From NCBI GenBank assembly GCA_043228905.1, contig JBHGNT010000018.1:4464001-4528000 (forward strand): 64,000 bases of DNA, given 5' to 3'. This DNA is from Azolla caroliniana (lineage: Eukaryota; Plantae; Polypodiophyta). Under the pieces are notes generated by a model that saw only the letters and a program-made list of their open reading frames with translations, was not told the origin of the DNA and did no database searches. The stretch's first letter is position 1. Every line of letters starts with the position of its first letter. Of the stretch, positions 54,965 through 64,000 are shown one piece after another. A program made the translations under genes and the position numbers.

Positions 54965-55580
54965 TCAGTTGGATCGATCCATCCCGCATTGCTTTGCATT
55001 CCATTGGATTTCATGAGTCACGAAGACTGCAAGGCATTGCATCTGATCGATCGATCCCACACATCACTCCGTTGGATTTCATGAGTCAGGAGGATTGCAA
55101 GGCATTGCATCTGATCGATCGATCCCACACATCACTCCGTTGGATTTCATGAGTCAGGAGGATTGCATGGCATTGCATCTGATTGATCGATCCCAAACTT
55201 CACTCCGTTGGATTTCATGAGTCAGGAGGACTACACGACATTGCATCTAATCGATTGATCCCACACTTCATTCCATTGGATCGTTCGATCAAACACTTTG
55301 TCGGGTTTAAACTTAATCGGGATCCCCAACATCAATCAATACCACACATCGTTAAGTTGGATTGATCGATCCCACACTACATTTCGTTCAAGCCATCGAT
55401 CCAATCCCACATTGCATTTCGTTCGAATAGCCATCGATCAATCCCTCATTGCATTTCGTTTTGAAGAGCCCTCGATCAATCCCGCACTACATTCTTTTCA
55501 ATCCACCGATCAATCCCACACCGCATTTCATTTGAGCCATTCAATCGACCCCGCACCACATTCCTTTCGGACAATCAATT
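54965..55580. repeat. 68-bp tandem repeat (4 near-perfect copies) decaying into ~35-bp GATCGATCCCAC subunits
   Basis: TTGGATTTCATGAGTCA recurs at 55004, 55072, 55140 and 55208 (period 68); degenerate subunits continue to ~55580. Confidence 0.9.
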
Positions 55581-56757
55581 GAGTTATGTTTCCGTGGGGC
55601 TCCAACCTCCTCACTTTGACCTTCTTCTTGCTTCTCTCTCCATGGTGTGAATGTGTCGCGCCAGGCTTTAGTATCCCCACGACCTTGCACCCTTGTCGAC
55701 TAGGCGGGAATGTGTGCATATTAACTATGCAAATAAAGACCAACACAACTCCAAGATTATGGACCCGAGAGAATGCGTGATTTGATCACAACTCCACAGA
55801 TGGGAAATCTAAACAATAGTAATGTATATGCATGTGATGCTTAATGGGAACCAAGGTTTAGAGGTAAAGCAATGTTTCATAAGCAAGGCTCATAGAATGA
55901 AATAGAGAAAATACACATGACAACATTATACCACCAATTTAGGTATCAAGAGCAACCTTGTACTTTGTCATGCTTCTAGAAATGGGATTAAGAATACCAA
56001 CAGAATTATACCCCCTTCAAAGAGTATACAACTACATCTTGGTTATAACATAATGCCTTAGAATGAGTTCACGAAGGCTGCATGGGAAGTTAGATGCTTA
56101 GCACAGAAAAACACAAAAGTCAAGTTGAATCTAAGATGTCAAGAAACGGCTTTGCAATATGGCATGTTGAAAAATGTCTAAATGTGCATGTAGAGGACAA
56201 GATCTATTAGGAAAATGTGACTTCATGGTTTACTCATCCATTTAGAACCCTAAACCCAACATGAAGTTGCATTGATACTTAATATTGGGAAAATTGACAA
56301 TGGTACCTAGTCAATGCTCAAGCTCATGTCCACACACCCATTTCAAGACAGTAAGATGTGCCATGGCCCATCACATTGACAAAACACACTCGTGCAATTT
56401 TAAGATAATCAAATAGGATAGATCATCTGTATTGTGGAATGACTCACACATGAGAGGAATCACACATGTATTTTTGGATTTGCACCAGGTTGTATGGACT
56501 TTCAAGAACTCCTTAGAAGGACATGAACAATCTTTGAAGACACTAAGCATTCTCTTTGCTTATTTAATCAACCATCAAACCAAACTCACCAAAGCTCAAA
56601 AGAGTGATTTTTGACAAGTTTGGCTATTTTCATTTTAGTGAGTTCGTTTGTACGACAATTTTCAAATCCCGAACCTACATGAGTACGAAAAGTGATGTCC
56701 TCACCTCTCTCTCTCTCTAGTACACATTGGTGGTAATTTCTTAGTCTTTATTGTAAT

Positions 56758-56920
56758 TAGTTTACCCTATTGGTAAGTTGTTAAAGGTTCGAAACCCAAT
56801 TTTCTCACCTCTCTATTACTTCATAGATATTTCTTAATTCACTAGATGCCATTGTGGAATGTAGGGGTTGAACTCATGACCTCTTGGACTCAATTGGGCA
56901 ACCTTCCCAACCAAACTATA
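56758..56920. mobile_element. Dispersed tRNA-derived element with convergent heads, copy A
   Basis: Shares the core CCAATTTTCTCACCTCTCTATTACTT...TTCACTAG...GAATGTAGGGGTTGAAC with copies at 61761-61948 and 61990-62172. Confidence 0.7.
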
Positions 56921-59347
56921 TTGATTTGGACCACCTTATTAACACGAGCCCCGTATAGCTTATTTCTCTCTCTCTCTCTCTCATGTTTGTCTATGTGGCA
57001 TGACAAGGAACTAATGTTTAATGCAACATTTAGGGATTGGATGTCTTCTAGCTATCTCTGAGTAAAAAAAAACTTTGTGCAAACACAATAAACACTCATA
57101 CACTTTCTATTGTTTTGAGAATCCTAGTTTGAAGCAAGTTACTTAATGTTGACAATTAACAATGTTCATTTTGCAAATGTTCTTACATCCACAATTGGCA
57201 TCGATATGCAATACCTAAAACCTTAATGAGCAAACCCTTGCTTCCTCCAAGAGCATCCAATAATATGAGGGCTTGTCATTCAATAAAAAAATAGACGATG
57301 TGTTTGTGCATCTACAATACACAAGAAAATGCCTTTTATCATTAAATCTTTAATCGCAATTAGAGAGAAATTAGTTGTGGCTTCCAACATGCATAAACTA
57401 TGGCAATGCATTCATTTTAAAGTCTTGGAGCTAATTAATGAAGCATTAAGGATACACAAAACATTCAAAGCGAACACAAGATAGGGTATTTGGTTACAAG
57501 AAAATTCAAAGCTGATGTGCTAGTTTAGTCAAACTTTGAGTATAGTGCAAGAATGAGCAAGCCACAAGATGTATTGGTGACTCTGTGAGTCTACATTTGT
57601 ATTGTTTCATTCACATTTAATATAGATAGATGGATTCAACTTTTTGAATAGAAGTAAGGCTTAATAATCTATTAATTTATTATATTTTACCAAACTATAA
57701 TATTTTCTTATATTCTTACATAGATGTTCATGTTATGTCGTGTTGCATGTGCGCATTTTTACCGTTTCCGTTAAAAGCAAAAAGGCTTGTCAATACCGCA
57801 TTTTATCTGCAAGTTGGTCATGTACCTGCACCATTTGTTTATTTGATAGTTAAGTTGAATAGGTGTGTGAGTGTGTGGGAGTTAGACATGAAAGTTTAAT
57901 GGAATTAGTAACAATGGATTATATACATCATTTTCTACTTAAGAAATCAAAGCATAGAAGTGGGATGTCTTCAATTAGGATCTCAACATTATAATTAGTT
58001 AAAATATACAATTGAACTTTTTGTGATAGCTTGATTTGGTTTAGATCATACTATTGGCCAAACTGAAAAAAACAAACTTGTATCCTATTATTAATAACTT
58101 CATACCTAGGTAAGAAACTAGATCTAAAAGCTTAGTAAGTGATTTCTACAATGTGGCATAAACTTTTGTGAATTGTTCACACGAATGTTTTTTGTCCAAT
58201 TCCATTTCCTCAAAGATAAAGTCACTCGCCCCACAAATTACTCCAGTGATCTTATGTCATATCCACTTTCGTTTTCATCCAATTGGTAGTTACATGTCCC
58301 ATGAATTTTAAAGACATTGATGCAAAATTGCCTTGGGTAAAAAACTCTTAAGTCGAAAGAACTAGTCAAATGGTCATTGCAATAAAAGCTCAAATTTTGT
58401 TCCAATGGAAGTAAGATATTATTTAGAGTTGAGAGAAATCATAGCCCCATGCTTGCAAAAAAATTGGGGCCAATAATGTATACATGTATGGAGACATCAC
58501 AATGAATCGGGTACAACATTTGCATGATGCAATACATAAAGAGTTCCCACTTTGTGGACCCCATGAAATCACCAATCCCTTGATCACATGAACATATACA
58601 ATCGTGGCTTGTAGTTTACATTCAAAAAGTTCAGTTACTTTTAGCGTGTCTTACCAATAGAGAGCAGAGATGACAAGTTGCTCACTCTTTTTCAAACTTG
58701 TTTACACAAAAATCAATAAAGCTTTTAATCTCAAGATTTTAAACATGGGTTGACACACTAATACTTAAATTCACGTAACCACACGACCATGAAAATTTAG
58801 TGGTACACTCATATAATGACACATAACCTTAACATTTTACTTGCACCATTACGTGACCTCTCAAGCCATAACAAATATCGATCGTCAAGGTCATCCACAT
58901 AATAAATACAATAGTAGACATGAGCCCAAAATTAGAGCATCTTAGTAAGAGAGGATGTGAACAAGGTAGCAACATAGGTTTCACATGAATCTAGATATTC
59001 TTCTCCAAAGGTCACCCATAGGTGTCCCACCATCCAATTGATCATCATTTGTGTCGGTTAGAAACACTTAGGAACAAACATTTGATGTTCATTCCCTTGT
59101 CCGTCGAATTCCACGAGGGAGGCAATTGTAGCGAAGAAAAGATTAACTTTGTAAGAAAAGGAGCGAAGGAAGGCTTCATGTGTTGGCCCAAAGAGTTAGG
59201 ACAAAAATTAGTACATGATATATAAAACTTAAAGTCATTTTAGGGGATAGAACCAACACACTAATAAATAAATAATTGTAAGCATTAGTGTTGCATACAA
59301 GAGGGGAGAGAAAGATGTTATTCTTAACACTACAAGTAAAATAAAAT

Positions 59348-59493
59348 AAATCACTGAGAAAAATAACTAAACGTAGTGGAACTACCTTTCGGCGGAGAGC
59401 CAAAAATTGTGAAATGTGTGCGCAAGAAAATCACTGAGAAAAATAACTAAACGTAGTGGAACTACCTTTCGGCAGAGAGCCAAAAATTGTGAA
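59348..59493. repeat. ~65-bp direct repeat, period ~80
   Basis: AATCACTGAGAAAA...AACGTAGTGGAACTACCTTTCGGC.GAGAGCCAAAAATTGTGAA occurs twice. Confidence 0.88.
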
Positions 59494-60439
59494 TTGTGCG
59501 CTCTTGCATGGGCATGTATATTTGACTTTCATGCTTGCTTTAGACATTAGAACATTAGACTCTTGTCATCTTTTTACACCTTAGTGGTTCTCCGCGTAAG
59601 TAAAAGGAACCACGAATGACAAATGACAGGATCTTTCTACGAGATTCACATGTTCACTTTTTCGCATCTTTCTTTTTTGTAAAATCAATTTTGATTCGTC
59701 CACATTGTCCAGAGATGTTAATGATATTAAGCTTCCCTTTTTCTTTGTGTTTCTGCATCCTAGTTTGCACATGCCTCACATGCACACAAAATAAACGGAA
59801 AGAAAAGTTTGAGAGGATATATGGAAACCTTGCATCACAATTTTTGCATACTTTGCAAAGGTTTCTCTTTCTCTATCGTTACAATTGCTCAACTTCGTAT
59901 ATTTTCTGAACCCCTTAAAAATGGTTGATTAGGGCTCATGATTCTTTCCATCCACATTGACAAATGAATCTCTCTTTCCCTCTCTTTGGGTCCCATTGGT
60001 CACTTTTCTATCTTGCTAAAGACATTAAAAATATCATCATCATCATCTCTCTCCCTAATTCTCCAATATTAAAATCTACGATATACAATGATCACCAAAA
60101 CAACTACACATTTGACAAAGAAATAAAAAGGAATTGATGCATGCTAAGGATCTGCATAGGCTATGATGTTAAAGGGTGTATATTTTTATTTGGTGAATAA
60201 ATGGTACGCAAGCTTCTAATTGATTGGGGAGCCGAGCATTTTCTATGATGGCGATCTTTCGATTATGATTGGAGAACTTTTAAATGTTTGCTCCCGCCTC
60301 CATGGCCAATGTATAACCATCCATGGCCCAACAATAATGCACACATCACCCATCCAAAACCCAACTATAACACATCCATGACATATTGATGGCAATTTAC
60401 ATGCACCTATTCCATGTCTAACCATGCATTTTTATACCC

Positions 60440-60780
60440 CTACACATCCACAACATACTCATGAACATATATACCCTTACCTTGCATCTACACATTCACA
60501 ACATACCCATGAACATATATACACTTCCATTGCACCCACATATCCAGAACATACCAATGAACATATATACCCTTACATTGCATGTATAATTATGTCTTCA
60601 CATATCAACATACCCATGAACATGTATACCCTTACATTGCATGTCTAACTATATCTTCACATATCAACATACCCATTACCATGTATACCTTTACATTGCA
60701 TGCCCCAAGTATGTCTTCTCCCGATTTAGGATATACCTTGAACACCTATACCCTTACATCCATATTTCCAACAATACGTT
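60440..60780. repeat. Degenerate minisatellite (CAACATACCCATGAACATATATACCCTTACATTGCA core, ~50-60-bp period)
   Basis: About six imperfect copies visible. Confidence 0.8.
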
Positions 60781-61760
60781 CTTAATAATACTATTCATTG
60801 TGGCCATTTGACATATACTTAAGTGAATGGCTACCAAATTTTGAATAGGTGCATGGGACATGAGTGACATTTTCAAAAACAAAAACAAAGACACATAATC
60901 AATGCCATAATCCTTGGATTACCTAATCATGTTGGAAAAAAATGTTTTTTTTTTGTTTGTAATTATTACATATCATCATTTGACAATGATTTATTCTATT
61001 CATACCATTTTTTTCTCTCTTTCGATGATTGACTCTTAAGTATCAAATATCCCAAACTATGTTTTATAAACTCTTGTTTTTCATTATTGCAGAAAAGAAC
61101 GAGTCTCCAACATACATTTTTTTACTCTAATTATTTTGAAAAAGAAAGAAAGGAACCCTCAAGCTTGGTGCTATTCTTAGAGGCGACAGGAAGTCGAGAG
61201 ATCAAATGAGAATGCAAGGTTTGAATTGAACTTTTGCTTTTTTAATCATTTCGAAAAAAAAAATCTCTTATGTTCAACAAGCAAATGCAAAGTTGGGGCC
61301 GAAGTTCACTTTTTTATTTTGAAAAAGAACAAAAAAACTTGGCAGTGATGGGTGGATGAAAGGCCTAGATTGAAGTTTTTCCACGAAACATTATAGAAAA
61401 GAGAAGCCTTGTGTTTGTTGGAAGGATTGGATTAAGTTTTTTAATTATTTTGAAAAGAAATAACTTGTGCTTGGGGGGCAATTAGAAGGTCTTGACCAAA
61501 GGTGTTTGTTTTATTCCAAAAAACCAAACATGTGTTCAACGCGCATGGGTCATAAAAATGAAAACTCAAACTTTTAAATAGACGCAAATCTTGGTCAAAA
61601 GCTCACCTTTATAAATATAAAATCTCGCCTCATAAATCAAGCGGCTTGCATGCAACTTACTCGCGGATAGGAGTTCCATGTTGTTGAACTACCAATGCAG
61701 TACTAGTATGATTGTGCACTCCAAAATTGGAATAAAAAAGATGAATGCATTTGCACGCAT

Positions 61761-61948
61761 TAGCTTACCCTAGTGGTAATTTGTTTACACTACTAGCACT
61801 ACATCTTTGGGTTCAAAACCCAATTTTCTCACCTCTCTATTACTTGAACATAGATATCCACTTATTTCACTAGGAATGTCTCTATTACTTGAACATAGAT
61901 ATCCACTTATTTCACTAAGAATGTAGGGGTTGAACCCAACTAAGCTAT
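61761..61948. mobile_element. Dispersed tRNA-derived element with convergent heads, copy B (internal ~45-bp duplication; right head shortened)
   Basis: Ends TAGCTTA...TAAGCTA; forward B-box GGTTCAAAACC; reverse B-box GGTTCAACCCC. Confidence 0.7.
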
Positions 61949-61989
61949 ACATCCATATGGGCTCGCTTTCTCTTGCTCTCTCTCATAAT

Positions 61990-62172
61990 TAGCTTATCAT
62001 AGTGGTAAGTCATTTACACTACCAACACTACATCTTGGGTTTGAAATCCAATTTTCTCATCTCTCTATTACTTCATAAATATCTCTAATTTCACTAGATG
62101 CCACTGTGGAATGTAGGGGTTGAACCCATGACCACATGGTCTCCATTGGGCAACCTTACAAACTGAGCTACA
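61990..62172. mobile_element. Dispersed tRNA-derived element with convergent heads, copy C (most complete)
   Basis: The minus-strand right end reads TGTAGCTCAGTTTGTAAGG...GTCATGGGTTCAACCCCTAC, i.e. A and B boxes at tRNA spacing. Confidence 0.7.
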
Positions 62173-62220
62173 TCTCTCTCTTTCTCTCCCTTTAGAAGAC
62201 GTTAATATATCTTTCTTTCT

Positions 62221-62255
<35 letters not shown>

Positions 62256-62745
62256 AGCTCGTAAATAGAACCATAAAAACAACTCTAGTAAACTCTTCAG
62301 ACAAAGACCATGTGATCTCAATCGAGATCCTATGGACTTTAAGAAGCCATGTGATGAAATGCCAATCTAAAAGGAGAATACGACACCTTCCAACTCTCAT
62401 ATTTGGATCTCCTGGAGTGATAATATTTCTAAGGTTCATTACCTTTCTCTCTCTGTCAACCACTATTGTCAATGCATATGGCGTCGATTGTGTACAATTC
62501 AATTTTCCACTTCAATAAAATTTGGTTTTACCTTTAATGCAATTGATAATGAAATTTTGTCTCAAATGAAATTGAACATCCCATACTTGGTGGATACATT
62601 CCCACAAGGTTTTCTTGCAAAGTTTTCATTGGGAATGATCGGGTGATTCCCAACTACATGAGTGCACAAGGGCTAAACAACCAATGCCGTACAAACAAAT
62701 AAACAAAGGATAAAGTGAGAGAAATTGGATACTCGGGTAGGCATT

Positions 62746-62860
62746 TGTCAAGAACAGTACTAAGACAGAGAAGGAATTAGTACTAAAAGATGAGGATTAG
62801 AACTAAGGGAGGTGTAGAACTCTCGAGAGAAGGAAAGAGTGAGTGAGTGAGTGAGTGAGT

Positions 62861-62896
<36 letters not shown>

Positions 62897-63190
62897 TGAT
62901 AACAAAAGATATATATTATGTTAAGAGAATATACAATAGTAGCTAGGAGGCTTAAGACTGGCGTTGAACCGATTTGGTTCGAAATAATGCCTTGTGCCTC
63001 CTTTTATAGTGTTCTCAGGAGTACTCTTGAAGTTTCTAGAATGTTCCAGAGAAATTTGGAATATACATCAAATTTCTATAGTAAAACTTAAATGAAAATA
63101 ATATCCTTTGTATTACAACATATAGTATAATGGTCAAAAGCGCGCATGTAACATAAGGTCATGGGGTTCGAGTCTTGCCATATCATGACA
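62746..63190 (-). mobile_element. 3' LTR (445 bp) of the chromovirus
   Basis: Begins TGTCATGA right after the PPT (minus strand) and ends ...TCTTGACA at 62746; 7/8 terminal inverted repeat with TG...CA ends. Confidence 0.8.
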
Positions 63191-63736
63191 CTATCCCCCC
63201 TTTAAAACGATGAGTGTCACAAGTCGTTTTGGATTGAGGACCCAATTTGTCTGGATATTGACGATGGAAGTCTTCATGAAGAGCACGAGCATTGGTCACA
63301 TTCTCTATTGGTTCCCAAGTATGCTCACTGGGACTATATCCTAGGTAATTGACTAAATAGTAGAGCTTGTTGTGAACAATCTTGGAATCGAGGATGGCGG
63401 CAACCTCATACTCAGGTCCATCTTCAAGTTCGATCGAGGGTGGAGGTTGTTTAATACGACATGGGATGGTGCTGTTTTGATAGGGTTCGAGGAGAGAACT
63501 ATGAAACACCGGATGTATCCGAAATTGTGGAGGTAGATCGAGACGAAAGACGACATCATTAAATTTTCCGATAATACGGAAAGGACCTAATCGCCGATAA
63601 TCCAACTTCTCGCATGGGGGAGTAGTCTTGATGTGTTGTCGTAGTAGCCATACCCAATCTCCAATGTTAAAACTGGATGGAAGCCGATGACGATCCGCGT
63701 AAACCTTGTGTGTTTGTTGAGCTTTGTAAAGAGTAA
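63191..63736 (-). mobile_element. Ty3/gypsy chromovirus pol 3' fragment (integrase C-terminal GPY/F region + chromodomain) with polypurine tract
   Basis: KAQQTHKVYADRHR...KLDYRRLGPFRI...IHPVFHSSLLEPY...EYEVAAILDSK...YYLVNYLGYSPSEHTWEP. PPT AAAGGGGGGATAG directly precedes the LTR; the stop codon falls inside the LTR at 63183. Confidence 0.93.
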
Positions 63737-64000
63737 TGTGCGGAAGCAAGTATGAAGACCGAACAGAAGGAAGAAAACTCAGGTTTAATGGAGAGCTTGA
63801 GCTTACGCAGTATACGCGGGAGAGACAGAGAGAGTGATAGAGAAAAAACACAAGAACTATATTCAAAAAACTCTATTCACCATTCTCTATACATATGTGT
63901 GTTCAATGAACACTTTTATACAAGTCCTAGAAGGACTGACCGAAGTATTGACAATACTTCAATGCTCACTAAGAGCTCCTACACTAACTCCCAAATATAT
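63737..64000 (-). mobile_element. Probable LTR of a second retroelement inserted into the chromovirus integrase (continues beyond the window)
   Basis: Integrase similarity stops at ~63736. The adjoining sequence ends ...CTTCCGCACA on the minus strand (TG on plus) and is LTR-like, non-coding and CT-rich. Confidence 0.5.

Noticed and set aside
63113-63190. Intact tRNA gene
   Set aside because: A/B boxes are present but the acceptor and T stems do not pair; reported only as tRNA-like.

Overview
AT-rich, intron-rich nuclear DNA of a land plant. A seed-free plant such as a fern is my guess from gene style, dense 5' microsatellites and a chromodomain Ty3/gypsy element; this is inference. Six spliced or intronless protein-coding genes were reconstructed by hand with phase-consistent exon chains: a NIPA9-like DUF803 transporter (+), a group II BBR/BPC GAGA-binding factor (-), choline transporter-like CTL1 (-), ORC6 (-), a GPT1/GPT2-like microtubule-associated protein (+) and the P-loop protein LPA1 (-). 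The GPT-like gene has a GC-AG intron and a 20-unit KAEEKC repeat. Intergenic and intronic DNA holds minisatellites upstream of ORC6 and LPA1, many local tandem duplications, a LINE 3' remnant and a truncated chromovirus with an intact LTR plus a probable nested LTR. The most unusual observations are: (i) a repeated ~160-190-bp element whose two ends are convergent tRNA-like Pol III promoter heads; (ii) a tRNA-like A/B-box cassette in the chromovirus LTR; (iii) the Cys-rich charged repeat in the GPT-like protein; (iv) an ORC6 that appears to lack the conserved C-terminal YxxWK motif; (v) promoter minisatellites that multiply W-box and GCN4/AP-1 motifs. No rRNA, intact tRNA or CRISPR was seen. 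I cannot show that any of these is a new biological system. Family assignments rest on motif recall, not database searches.
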